Shown: positions 41,301-53,881 of the stretch, one piece after another
Position numbering within the stretch: the first letter of the stretch is position 1
How the letters are laid out: every line of letters starts with the position of its first letter
Assembly (NCBI GenBank): GCA_002104905.1
Contig: MCFE01000194.1
Location: 62,001 to 126,000, forward strand
Direction of reading: 5' to 3'
Origin: Basidiobolus meristosporus CBS 931.73
Lineage: Eukaryota; Fungi; Basidiobolomycota
DNA length: 64,000 nt
Program-made: the position numbers and the translations under genes
The notes under the pieces: model-generated
What the model was told of the DNA's origin: nothing
The model's database searches: none
Seen by the model: only the letters and a program-made list of their open reading frames with translations

Positions 41301-43723
41301 GTATTGAAGAGTTGGTATGCTTTACTCTCATTGTAGTAACCCAAAAATATGCATTTTACATTTTTTGACTCAAGTTTTGACTGATTTCTGGGCAGTTTCT
41401 TGGCATATGTCATACACCAAAATATTCTTAGATGTTCTGCACTTGGTTTGTACCCATACCATGCTTCAAATGGAGAATAATCTCAAAATATTCTGCTTTA
41501 ACTCATACTTTTGAGGTATGCAGCAGTGGCAACTGATTCTGCCCAAAAATCACAGGATAATTTTTAATCATGGATCTTAGATCTTGCCATATCAATTATT
41601 GATTTGTTAGCACATTCTGCTACACCATCTTGCTATGGGGAGTATAGTACCGCAGTGTCCTGCTTTATCCCATGAATTTTGCAGAAGTGGATGAAAAGTT
41701 TTGAGGTAATTTCTCCATCATTGTCAGAGCTCATTTTCTTGATTTTTCCACCAGTTTCTCTCTCCACCATGGCTTTGAACTTCATGAGCTTAGACAGAGC
41801 TTTTTTCTTTCTCTCCATGAAGTAAGCCCATGTGTATCTTGTATAATCCTCAATAAAAGTGATTGAATACTTCATCCCCATCAGGATAAATTTTGCATAG
41901 GTCCACACAGATCTGAGTGAATTACATCTAATTTTTCTTAGTTTGATTAACCCAGAGCTCTTGAACAGGTGTTTGGCTTGTTTCCCATATATGCAGGCTT
42001 CCCAGTGCTCCAAATTAGCTGGGGGATCAATTTCTACTCTGGAAATAAGCTGACCTTTGATCATTTTGTGCAAATAATCAAAATTGTTGTGTCCAAATCT
42101 CCTGTTCCAGGGCAATGGTATTTCTTCATTAAAGTTACTTATATTGGCTTCCGGATATGAAGGAATATAAGTCAACTTAAACTGATTTTGATCTCTGATA
42201 CCCAAAGCAATATGGGCACCATTTTGATCAGTGATCTTGCATCCAGAGTTGTCAAAGCAGAAACTGAGTCCTTCTGCAGTGGCCTTGCTTACAGATAGTA
42301 GGTTCTTGGCTATTTCTGGTACATAGAGTACTTCTTTGAAAGTCAGTGTATGGCTTCCTTCATGGTTCCTAAGGTTTACTTGGATAGTTCCTTCTCGCAC
42401 TGCATCAAGTGTACTATTGTCACCCATGAAAACCTTCTTAACTGGAATATCTTGATATTGGGTAAAAAGTTCTTTTTGGTATGTAAAGTGTTGAGATGCT
42501 CCAGAGTCAATATACCATGTCTGAGAATCCTTGTTTGTGATCATATTTAGTGCTAATATGAAAATTCTGTCTTCAGTTGTTGCAGCATTTCCATTTTCAG
42601 GCTTCTTTTGCTGATTATCTTTCTTTTTAAGAAACCAGTCTGATGTGTGTCCTTTGCTTTTGCAGTAGTTGCTAAACAGGTTGCTGTTGCCTTTGTAGGG
42701 TCTTGGTTACCTCCTTTGTTGATTAACATTGATTATTAGAACATGTTCTTCTTGCTTCTTATTGGCTCTTGATTTACTGAATTCTTCATCCAGGAGCCTT
42801 CCATATACAAAATTTAAGATCAAATCTTCAGTTCTGGATTCTAGGGCTAATACAAAGTCCTAAGACCTGTCTGTCAGGCTATACAGGATGGTAACTATCA
42901 CATCCCATCAGCAGTTGGTACACCCACAGATTCCATTTCATCCACCAGAAGGGTAATTCTATTGATTAAATTTTTCATTTCTTCTCCTGGCAACATCTTT
43001 GTAGTAAAGAATTTGTGTCTTAGATATATTTTCTTGGCAGCTGAACATGACTGGTAAGTGTCTTCTAATGCCTTCCAGCCATTCCTTGCCATATTTACTC
43101 TTGAGCATTGAATTAGCAACTTTTCTTTAACATTAAGGAAAATGCAGTTAAAGGCACTTTGTTCTTTCTTCTGGTACCTAAAGGCTTCCTCGCCCATGCT
43201 TTTAGGAGGGCATTCTTCTCCCATGATAATTTCCTAAAGGCCTCTCTTGTAACAGCATCTTCATCTTCACCTTCCACACATGATAGTAAGATCTATCCAA
43301 CTTTTCAGTAGAGGGAATAATTCCAGTAATAGCAGTAGTAGACATTGCAGAGAGTGACAGCTTGGGTCTCATAACCTGTTGTAAGAGTCTTGGAGACATT
43401 GGAAGTAATTGGGAGGACAAGTAGATTATGTGGTTTTCATTTAATGATTTATTGAATGTAAAAGTAGTATTTATACTTTTACATGGTCTTGGCATCACAA
43501 ACGCATAATATAGATTAAGGAAGGTTCCAAGAACATGTGTGCAAAGTTTGGGCTGTTTGCATAACTTTGAGAATTTTCATGTTCTGGGTACCTGGTATTT
43601 TGGTGAAAAATTCCAAGTAAATCCCAACAAGAGATTTGGTCAGTATTTGCAAGAAATTGAAGGTAATGATCTAAGTGACTAAGTTAGGTGAATATTTAGG
43701 TGGAATTACAAATTTTTACAACA
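38314..43723 (-). mobile_element. Full-length Copia family B element with 5-bp TSD GGGTA
   Basis: 5' LTR 43377-43723; PBS GGTTATGAGACCC (43376-43364); gag; WYIDSGASQH-integrase ORF 41633-42544; RT; RNase H; PPT AGTGGGAG; 3' LTR 38314-38661. GGGTA at 38309-38313 and 43724-43728. Confidence 0.95.
39234..39967. mobile_element. Non-autonomous foldback/MITE-like element, copy 1 (734 bp)
   Basis: Inverted arms 39234-39580 and 39621-39967 (347 bp each, about 92% identical by eye), 40-bp spacer, termini AGACTTGTTCC...GGAACAAGTCT, AAT on both sides. Removing it restores the Copia RT frame GSDQIAAVKWIFRY. Confidence 0.95.
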
Positions 43724-44329
43724 GGGTATAGGGACTTCTATAGGTCAGTGAAATTGGCAATTGCATTACTACCAAAGATTAGACAGAAATAAGTCAATTT
43801 TATGCATGAAGTGTAAGGACATTGTTTGAGTCAGGAAGTACAAAGTGGGAAAAAGAGGTAATAGCCAATCAATGTACAGAATAATAGGAGGTGATGGAGT
43901 GTCTGGGATCAGAAAGTGAGAGAACTGGCAGAGAACCAATTATAAGCCACTTATGTATTGTTGTGATAAGATATTTTGACTAAGCTTTTTGTGAAATATG
44001 AGGGCAACTTTTCTAACAGTCTTTGCACAATATCCTCAGAGCATCTTCACCTCCAAGTCATGGGACTAAAATTTTGTGACAACCTTTTAACAGTATCATC
44101 ACTATTACGTTTCACAGGGCTATAGTATCAGGCAGCAGCCTACAGCTAGTCCTGTATAATGTTTGCATGCTTGTTTACTAAATGATGCTTATTTTTCTAC
44201 CCCCTTTGTGCCATTCATAAACTCTACTATTGAATCATGACTCTGTATTTGCCATGCACTACTACCATAGGTATTCCACTTATTGCTGAAATCTAGGGAA
44301 TCTATGGCAACCTGCACACTAATATTTAC

Positions 44330-46600
44330 ACTCATGCACACCTGCTGTAATCCTACTCCTATTGCCCCAACTTTATGGCTTCAATGTGTGATACTGGTAA
44401 AGCTGAAATATACCTTGTATTGCTGGTAGGAGATACATCTTGAAAGCATATGCTTAGTTGCAACCACTTTTTCTGTACATACCACTTGACTATCTGCAAA
44501 ATACCTTTTGGTAACTTACCAAGGAGTTCCTTGCCCTGCTGGATACTAGTCCCCCTTATTGGTGAACTCTGATCCTGGTTTGAGAGAGTTTGAATATGAG
44601 AGGTGTAGAGATTGGCTTGTACCAAGGAGAAATCTGGCTTACTTTGGTACAGCTGTCCACATAGAAGTTAGTTGCTTCATGTGTCAAACTTAACCTTGCC
44701 TTACTCAACTGATTATCTACACTTTGGGGCTGGTGCACTTCTCAATGCCAAATGCATAGGTGTCTCCACATGCAAGCCTGTGCTCAGTATTTTCCAACTC
44801 TTCCTGGCTGTCCTCCATACGGCAACTCATCACATCCATAACAGACTTGAGAGTAATATTCTTGATGAGATTGTGATATGGCAGCTTTCTTGGGATAATC
44901 TATCTCCCTATCCCCTTACACATCAGCTCCATAGGAAGCTCCAAAAAGGAGAAGCAAGGGCCTGTATTCTCCACACACCAAGCAAGATGAAGTATAGTAT
45001 GGATTCAGTTACCACAGATACCTGTGCATTCAGCTTTGTGTCAATAATAGAGCGGCTAAGATCCTGTCACAAACTCCTCACCATAGGAAAAAGAATTAAA
45101 TACAGGCCAACAGAATTCTAGTATGATATTAGCTGAAATCCAACTTTCTTAAAAGTGACACCTCTCAATGTGTAAGGTTCTAGCTTCACAGTACACATGG
45201 AGACATCCCTTCCAGGGGGATACTTGGCCAACCAGTATGCCTACCAAAGTTGGTAATTAGATGCCCATTACTTCCACCAGATATGTCAACCACAAAGCTG
45301 AGGCAGAAACACTAGTGCAATGCAAGCTAAAAATGTAATAAATTCCAATTTTGAGACTTTTTGTATTGTACATAAAGACTGTAGATGCATCAAGTTGGCA
45401 TTGGTGATCTGCTTCTGGACAAATATTCATGCAATGTCAACAAATGACTCCCAATGCTTCCAATGCACCATGGGTAAAAATTGCTTCAGAAAGCCACTTG
45501 AATAAACTTAGTTCTTACAGTCCTTGCATTTGTATTGTTGCAAATCTATAGAAGCACTGATTGGACCTTGTAGGAAGTGCTTTGGGTAGTTGATACTTTG
45601 TAATATCTTGCTAATTCTTTCAAATTTTTGGTATCTCAAAGGGCACATATAGCTTGAAATGCCCACATACAATTGGTTATTGTGATTGTGATATTGTTGA
45701 AAACCAATTGCATAGCTTCCAGTCAAAAGTCTTTGCTCTAGCACAATCCACCAATCTTCAGTATCTCTGATATTTAATTAACTCCACACTATGGCTAATG
45801 GCTTACAGCTACCAGCTTTGCTTCAAATGCATGTTGGCCTCTGAGCTTTCTTGCTATGGAAGGTGCTTTACTCAGCATTGGTGTTTGGATAATAATAATG
45901 TGTGTGAGGTATAGCGCAAATCTCCTAGATCTCACACATTTGGCAGCAATACCATCCAGTGTGCCCCAAAAAGCCAGCTTTCTTGCTGATGGCTAGGGTA
46001 TCCCTATTGTAGACAATGAAATGTGATTTGACATGACAGCCATATAATAGTATCCCACTGGATGGCATACAAAATGTATCCAGCAATGAATACAGGTAGT
46101 TTTCAAGCTTGGATAACACCTTAGGCCCAAATAACAGTGCAATTCTCATCTGACTCATGCACTGATACTATATTAATATTAGCAGAACCATGTTGATTGG
46201 AATCCATGGCCAGCATTATTTGCTGGTAAAGTACTTGTTTATTGAAAATCCTCCAAGTGCCAAGTCAAAAGGCATGTTTTCCTCCAATGGTGATGGATCT
46301 GTGGCATGTTGATCACCTTGCAATACTGGCATTTTCTGATGTGAATGCTGTGCTACTATTAGCATGCACTGGTATATGGATGGTCTCTGGATCACCTGTA
46401 ACTGACTACATGGTAGTTGTGCATTTATACCATGAACATTGTAAGTTACATCCTCAAATAACTTTGCCAAGAAGTAGCAGTAAATTTTCAGAGCTTGCAT
46501 TATTGACATTGGTGGAAACACACTATTGGTGAGTCAGAAAGTGTAACTAACCTGTCTGACCCGGTTTGTATTGGGTGGCATGTGTAACTAGAAGCCACTA
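44330..46600 (-). mobile_element. Tnp2/CACTA-like relic, copy 4 (longest)
   Basis: LENYLYSLLD and RDTLAISKKAGFLGHTGWYCCQMC fragments plus an N-terminal Cys-rich remnant; colinear with 150-1400. Confidence 0.65.
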
Positions 46601-47474
46601 TTGAAGTATCAATTGACTGATTATATATTGTAGCTACTGCCAGGACCAATGGTTGCTTGAGTACAACTTGTGTAGCCAAACACTGGCCTTATTTTTGTAA
46701 TGCATCCTATGTTTTCTGTGTGCTTCATGGCTGAGATGCTTGTTTTAATTGCCGCATGGTCTTTCTTCTCTTCTTTTGTGGTGTTGACTCAAAGTAGTCT
46801 AATCTATGGGACTAACAGCTTGAGCTTCATATTCATCAATGCAATATTTATACATCACTTTCTTGTAGGTATTAATGCTGACTAGGGACAGTCCTGTATG
46901 TAAATTACTGTATCAGCATCAATGTAAGATTCATGGATGACCCACTATAGTGAGCATTGGAAATATATTTGTGGCACTACATACACACATATTTGTAAAA
47001 CTATTTCCCCTTTTGTTAGACTTACTTTGATATGTATGCCATCAAAAATAAAGCAAAGCTGTCTGGCTCCCAATCAAACCCACTGCAATAACAGCCAAAG
47101 CATGGTTGGACAACAGCCTGCTGTGACACTCAGTAAAACCAGCAGGGTTGCATCTAAAAAGGCCATGTGGATGGTGTGCCCACTGGAGGTAATAATATGG
47201 ACTCCTCAGGCTTTCAGTCAAGTAAACAATTGAGAATATCTTTAGAGTTGCAAGCTGACCATAATCATCAGATAGATGGGAATGCAGCAAATGCAGTACC
47301 ACCAGCAGAGGACCAGCCAATGGCTGTCATAACATCACCACCACCAGCATTAACAAGCATGTTGTCAGCTCATACCAAAACATTGATGAAGCAATTAGAT
47401 GCAGTGGCTAATAGGATAGATGCAATGGCCCTGAGAAATCAGGAAGCTGTCCTGACTCAGAATGAGAAGATAAT

Positions 47475-48090
47475 AGACTTGTTCCATTGGATAGTGCCAC
47501 ATTGAGCCATGAATGCCAAATGATGCTATATTGTGCTAGGGAGGCCATGTGAACCTATACCTGGCCACAGAGTGTCAAACATAGCTCTGCATCTTCAGGC
47601 AAAGCTGCCTCTGTGTTTCACCCATTGTGTTGGAGAAAATCCATTTTTTGACCTTTTTTTTAAGTCAATGTTGTACAGAATGTGTAAGAGTACAATAGAA
47701 TCGAAGATATGCATTTGGTACTCAATACCCATATGCACTCTGAATCTAGCTCCTGTGGCTTGTAACATGTGACAAAAATGCATGGCACTATCTTGGTCCA
47801 CTGGTACTATCTGGCACTATATTTAATTATTAGCCCTAAAGTAAGATCTATACAAAGCACTTATAGTGTTGTACTCTTGACACATCCTGCACAACATTGA
47901 CCAAAAAAAACGTCAAAAAATGGATTTTCTACCAGCATCATAGGTGAAACACAGGGGCTGATTTGCATGAAGATGCAGAGCTATGTTTCACACTCTATGG
48001 CCAATTATAGGTTCACTTGGTTGCTCTGGCACACTGTGGTATTGTTTGACACTAATTGCTTAATGTGGCACTATCCAACAGAACAAGTCT
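47475..48090. mobile_element. Foldback element, copy 2 (616 bp, opposite orientation, ~120-bp deletion in one arm)
   Basis: Same termini, AAT on both sides, spacer is the reverse complement of the copy 1 spacer. Confidence 0.93.
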
Positions 48091-49899
48091 AATATGTGAA
48101 GAGCAATCAATATCTCAGGTATAGGATACAATATCTTTGCCGCAAAGAAGGAGCAAAAGTAGCACAACGTCACTGCCAAGAACTCAGCTATTTCCCAATG
48201 AAACAGCAGAGGAACAACATAAAGTCTTTGTACCACAACAACAGTGCCAAAAGATAAAGCCTACAGAAAAACCCATTACAGCATGGTAGGGAAGGACTGT
48301 GGTATTTGTATTAGTGCCTAAGAGTTAACAGACATTGAAGATTTGTGTAGTTGCTGAGTGCAATGATGATAAGTGGGCTGATACTCAAGAGACTCTATGA
48401 AGTCTAGCACACCATCACCTTGAAGCTGGCATAACATGTAACCATCAGGAACTCAAGGCCAAGCACAATGCACTTGACTTGCTCCATCAGCATTATCCTG
48501 GATTCAAATAAGCAGACAGATTTTGGGCCATCATTGGTATGCTGACAAAGTATCTCTAGAATAGTAGAAACTATCAAAGGCAGATAAATAGGGGTGCCAT
48601 GGCTAAAAACCAGCAGCTTACTCAACAGCCCATTCCAAGCACGGCCAAAAGCTCCAAACAAGTGTCAAAAAAATGTCAGGAAGCTAGAAAAGTGCTGGTG
48701 AGGGACAAGTAGGCAGAAACAGATGAACCAGTGCTACATTTATCAAGAAAAAAGTGTAGTTCCACTCAAGAAGCACCAAGTGAAAGTAGCAGTGAACAAT
48801 CTGGCAGTGTTAAGGTAATGGGAGAGGGAAAAGTCTATTCAAGCCCAAGACTAATAGGCATGGGGAAAAGCTGCAGCTATTACCAATTGATTCCACCAAT
48901 ATAGAACAAACTGATCTCCATAACAGACAAAAACAAATAACCAGTACAACAACACTGGTACTTATCAGAGTTGGAAGCTCAGCTAGTTAAACAATACTCC
49001 AGGGAGGTAGATGAGTTTACACAGAAAGGCAACTTGTCTACCATAGCCTTCATGTCCACCATTATTAATTGAGTAGAGATTCCACATATAGGTAACACAA
49101 CAACATCTAGATATCAGAGGACTATTGAAATGCCAACAGTGGAATTTTGGAACAGACACAGGTACACTAAGTGGTTGCAGCACCTTTTCAATAGCAGTGT
49201 TTAAGAAAACACACTTGAGTGTTGCCAGAGTTTATTGCAAAGACTGACAAGTGAGGTGCCATTAAACCTTCCCTTACATATGGGAGCTTTCTATATAGTG
49301 GATATGTAGGGAAATAGGATGACAAGTCAGATCTTAAGTAGTACCATATCCTATGCACATCAAGGCTATTACTTTCCAGTCCATCACAGGTGTGATAAGT
49401 TGCCATACACAGGACAGCCAGGAAGTGCTGGAGAATACTGGGCACAGATATGCTGTTGTATTTAAGAAGTTAAGCAGCCCAAATGTGTGGTTAACAAGTT
49501 AAGTAAGGCCAGGTTGGGCTGTGCTCAGCAAGCAACTAGCTCCCATTGGGATAACCTTACTAGGGTATGCCAGGTATCTCCTGAGTGCATGCCATTTGCT
49601 ACACCTTTTGGCATTGAGCTCACGCAAAGAAGAAGCAGAGCACACCTCTGACAGGGACTAGAATCTGCAGGGAGAAGGAATATATTGGCCAAGCAGCAGG
49701 TGTGTGACCATGCACAGGTTAGTAAGCAGGTGGCCATAGTTTTTTTGATTAGTTTATATGTTGAATACCCATGCTAGCAGTAGGTAAGCAAATACAGGGG
49801 CAGTACTCTAAAATTGAATATATAATTGCCACAAGGGGAAGTGAAAAAATAAAATACCATTTGGTAAGTTGGTACAGTGGCTTGGCATTGGACCAGAAG

Positions 49900-50900
49900 T
49901 GGGTCACTATACCATCAAGATAAAGCCAATAATGGTCTGCATCAAGGCTGCCAAACCACCATCACATTTGCTACTATATGCATCAACCATTCATAGTTGC
50001 TGGCTAGGTCCTGTCAGCTAATTGTAGGTTGCATCAGGACCACTACCATGCCTTATAAACCCTGCTCAAAGGCCATTAAATCATCATCAAGCTTGTTACT
50101 ATGCTGGGTGGTAAAGACAGAAGTACACCATCACAAACCTGCCATGACATTAAGAAGAGGTTCAAGAATTCCAAGGCATGGGCATTTTTATGGCCTCATT
50201 GTGCAATCCTGAGAATTGATATGGATTGCCTCTACTCACAGGAGCAGGTTACTTTCATAGGGCCAAGTATCACTTTAGCAAACAAGAGTTATTGTGGTAC
50301 CTATAACATCTTGCTGGCATCTTTACATTTGCTGCATAGCACTCAGCAGAGCTTCTAAGCTTGTGAAACCAGAGTGGGGTGGTTGTATGAAGCCTTCTGG
50401 GTGACTGTGTCCTTCCATAATGGCTGTGTCCACTGATAGGACTCAAACATAAGGTGTGGGCATTGAACCAAAAGCAGCAAAAGGAGTACCCATGATGGTA
50501 GTAGACCACAGGTCAGAGAGGCTCAATTCTGGATCAGAATTTACATATGGCACAACAGAAGTTGGAAAATGTCCTACCATTTGGTACATTGGTACAGTAG
50601 CATTATACAGGTGAGGCAGCTGGCTACATACAAACATTAAAAGAACACTAGAAGTCTGCCAGAAGACTGTCAAAACACTAGTGAGCACCCAACATATACA
50701 GTTATTGGATATATTGGCTAGCCTAGTGTGTCCAAAATGCTCTGGCTGGTATAAGGCTAATGCAAAGCCATGGGAAGCCTGTTGGGTGGCTGCCAAAACA
50801 CCACCAAGTTCTTTACAACATTTAGCAGTCCAGATGGCAAAATGCCATCAAGATCCCCCCTTGAGTCCATTCTAAAGGGTTGGAATTGCAACTTTCCATT
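49900..50900 (+). mobile_element. Possible DIRS-like RT/RNase H relic
   Basis: Loose motifs KDRSTPSQ (EKSxLxPSQ-like), AGYI and QHIQLLDILA (HIPGxxNxxAD-like); very degenerate. Confidence 0.3.
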
Positions 50901-52547
50901 CCTGTGATGGTATCCTTGTGGGACTTTGATGGTTGATCTGGATTGGATTGACTTGCTGGACCAGATTATTTTCTGTTAGGAAATCATCTAGCTCTCTGCA
51001 TTTTTTCCTTTATATTTCCTTAAATCTTGCAACCTGAGCTCAGGAGATAGGGCTCCCTACCAAGGACTTACCCAATCCAACTGAGTCATTTGGCAACTTT
51101 CATAACCTCACCAATGCTGGTCATCTGCCATAATTTGTTTCACTGAAGTTGAGCAGATAGTTGTGGATGTGTCAATCAGGCCAATTGAAGCTGATGGCTT
51201 GGGGTGATATCAGTGTACACTCAACAGCTTCAGCCACATCAAGATACCTCCCAAGTGGACTTCCAGTGGGACTTCATTGGAGATAAATGCCAAGTATAGA
51301 GCAATGCATTCCAATAAAAGCAATGGGATATCAGCCTAGGGAGAAGAGTAATAAACAAGTTCCCATATGCCTCTACCGGAAGCAAGCCACATGCATGTCA
51401 CCTTGGTGAGCCATTCACAGATGTGCTCCACTAGGCAACCAAAGGGCAGTGTGGAAACCCTGGAACCAATGCGGACATGGACATTGTCAGGCAACAGCCA
51501 GTGAAGCTTGACGAAATGAAGGGGATTCACCGGATATCCGTGTTGGGGTAAACAAGCAAGATTGACCAGCCAGCCATCATGTGCAGATGGGAAATCGTGC
51601 GGAACATCCCCGGATATAGCATGAGCCGCATGTTGACAATTGTTGAACTGGTTGATGGGTGAGTTCATTCTGGCTTACAGTACGCAGTATACCCTGGGGC
51701 AACTTCGTTGCGGCATGAAGTGAACTATGGCACTCAATAACAATCAGTCACCATGTTGCCTGCAGGTGGCTTGTTATGCACGATGTTCTATACTCCACCC
51801 ACAGCAACTCTCCCGATTGCAAATGGCTAGTTGTCCTGGCCCACCAAAATCGCCCACGGTTCCCCATCGGCGATGCAAGGCATGCTGGGTGATCGGTTCG
51901 ATTTACGATGCCACCAAGAGCCCACACACATCAAGCGATCCGAATGGGCCATTTCGAATCCCGGGTGTCCAGGACCCAGGAACTGGATAGTCGGACCCGG
52001 TTACGCGGACGGACCCTCCGGTGGAATCGATGAGACCCACCCTGCCCCGGCCTGGAAACCGGTTTGGAGGATGGGGATGCTGGTCAACAGTCTCCCCTCG
52101 CCCAGCCCCTTCACCTCGTGGGTCTCACGGAGCACCGCGATCAATTTGGTGACCGATGCAGATCCTGCATCAAGCGAGGCTCAGGCAGGGATCACCTCTG
52201 ACCGATATAGACATCTAAACGCGACCCAGCCCCCGAACCCAACCTCCGGCAACACAGAGGGAACGGTCGGGATGCTCCGCGACCGAGGTGGTGGGCTGGG
52301 TCAGGTGACGCACGAGGCTGGAACGTCCGGTAACCATGATTTATTGTAGGGGTGGCGATTTTCTACGGGCAAGATGCAATGTCGCGTGGTGGGAGATGGT
52401 TCAAGAGGGGAAGGTTGAGCAGTAGGGACAGATACCACCCACGGCCGAAAAGGGGAGAGATTATGCATACGAGAAGTAAGTGGGAGAGGAGAGAGAAAAG
52501 AAAGTGGGAGTGGGAATGGGGATGGGGATGGGATGATGGAAGGGCGG

Positions 52548-53822
52548 CTACTGGTCGCCGTTTCGGAGGAATCTAGGGTAGGAGTGCTGGTACATCACGG
52601 TCATGATCTCCACCTGGGCCTTCTCGTAGATCTTGGTGAAGTAAGGGGGGCCCCTTTCCAACTCCACCTTGACCTCCCTTAGGGTGGCCCCGGTGATGTT
52701 GAGCTCGTAGCGGGCGCCGGATTGGAAGAACAGCCGGTACATCCGCTCGATCTCCTGGGTGACCGGATCGGGCTCCCCGGTCTCGAGGACGCTGCCGGAC
52801 TCCTCGTGGGAGTAGGCGATCTCGGAGAGACGCTGGTAGTGCTCGTAGAACAGGATGTTCTCCACGCTGAAATCCTTCACCGCGAAGCTCTTGAACCTCG
52901 CGAACATCTCCGGGCTCTCGAGCACCTGCAGGAAGGAGCTCTTGTTCAGCCCGAGCGTGCGACCCGCGTTCAGGTACGAGTTGACGATCGGGATGACCAC
53001 GGTGTTGAAGTGGACGAGCACCAGCGCCGCCAGGGTCCAGATGGTCTCCGGGAAGAAGAGCTGGAGGTTCTGAAGGTCCGGCATGAACAAGGCCAGCGTG
53101 CGCACGATGAACGAGATCCCCTCGATGAACATCACCACCGTGAGCTCCCTCTTGATCCAGTAGGAGTCCTCGATGCCCCACACGAGGAACGCCAACGCCG
53201 GGAGCATGATGAACACGTAGAACGCGTGGAAGCCCACCCGGGGGATCAGCTCCCAGGTGAATCCGCACCCGATGGACCCGGCGGTGGTGGCCTGTCCGGA
53301 GCCGATCTGGATGAAGAGGGTGAGCGCGACGTGGAACACCACCAGATACCCGATGTATCTCAGCAGCGTGCTGCACGACATCATCTCCCGGTTCCTCAGG
53401 TACCAGTCCTCGGTGATGCCCAGGCCTCGGAAGAAGGGCATCTTGAGGGGTCCCTTGGCCTCCTTGGTGGTCTCGAGCTCGTTGAACATGGAGTTCATCG
53501 CGCACATCAGCCGAACCTGGTTGTACCGGTAGAGAAAGGCAAGCCGCAGGAAACGCGCCCCCATGACCAGGAACCAGAGGGGGATCCCGACCGAGGTGAC
53601 CCAGAGGACCAGGAAGCAAGGGTAGATGCCGGGATCCACCTCCCGCAGGATGTACCCGCTGGTGAGGACCCCGTTCGTCGCCACGCTCAGGCACAGCAAG
53701 CTCAACCCGCGATGCTTGATGGCGGGGCTGGCGCGCTGGTGGATCAGGATGACGATGGAGGTGAGTAGGAAGAGTATCCACACGATTAAGAAGATGACCA
53801 ACCCGAGCTGGATTCCGTCCAT
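52548..53822 (-). CDS. 7TM-RGS protein (seven predicted TM helices plus C-terminal RGS domain), 424 aa, intronless
   Basis: Seven hydrophobic segments with a PAIKHR..YPC..LW..ARFLRL pattern resembling class-C-type 7TM domains; RGS core FKSFAVKDFSVENILFY...YELNI...IYEKAQ.EI...MYQHSYPRFL; strong GC3 bias. Start placed at Met 53822 because the upstream ATG (53876) overlaps a TATAAA; AATAAA on the minus strand at 52345-52340. Confidence 0.92.
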   Translation of the reverse strand: MDGIQLGLVIFLIVWILFLLTSIVILIHQRASPAIKHRGLSLLCLSVATNGVLTSGYILREVDPGIYPCFLVLWVTSVGIPLWFLVMGARFLRLAFLYRYNQVRLMCAMNSMFNELETTKEAKGPLKMPFFRGLGITEDWYLRNREMMSCSTLLRYIGYLVVFHVALTLFIQIGSGQATTAGSIGCGFTWELIPRVGFHAFYVFIMLPALAFLVWGIEDSYWIKRELTVVMFIEGISFIVRTLALFMPDLQNLQLFFPETIWTLAALVLVHFNTVVIPIVNSYLNAGRTLGLNKSSFLQVLESPEMFARFKSFAVKDFSVENILFYEHYQRLSEIAYSHEESGSVLETGEPDPVTQEIERMYRLFFQSGARYELNITGATLREVKVELERGPPYFTKIYEKAQVEIMTVMYQHSYPRFLRNGDQ

Positions 53823-53874
53823 GCTGATTGAGTGGGAGACTGGGCTAAATGAGGTTTCCTCGTCGCACGCGGCC

Positions 53875-53881
53875 ATTTATA
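53875..53881 (-). promoter_or_regulatory. Putative TATA box of the 7TM-RGS gene
   Basis: TATAAAT on the minus strand, about 55 nt upstream of Met 53822. Confidence 0.55.

Noticed and set aside
1-51300. Classical ascomycete RIP (CpA to TpA)
   Set aside because: CpA and TpG are plentiful and the visible paired changes are at CpG; a formal RIP index was not computed.
52573-53781. Long overlapping ORFs (402 aa on minus, 348 aa on plus at 52722-53768)
   Set aside because: Shadow frames of the GC3-rich RGS gene; no domain content.
53823-53876. Upstream ATG extending the RGS protein to 442 aa
   Set aside because: The ATG overlaps the TATAAA motif and the extension looks like 5' UTR; not excluded without TSS data.
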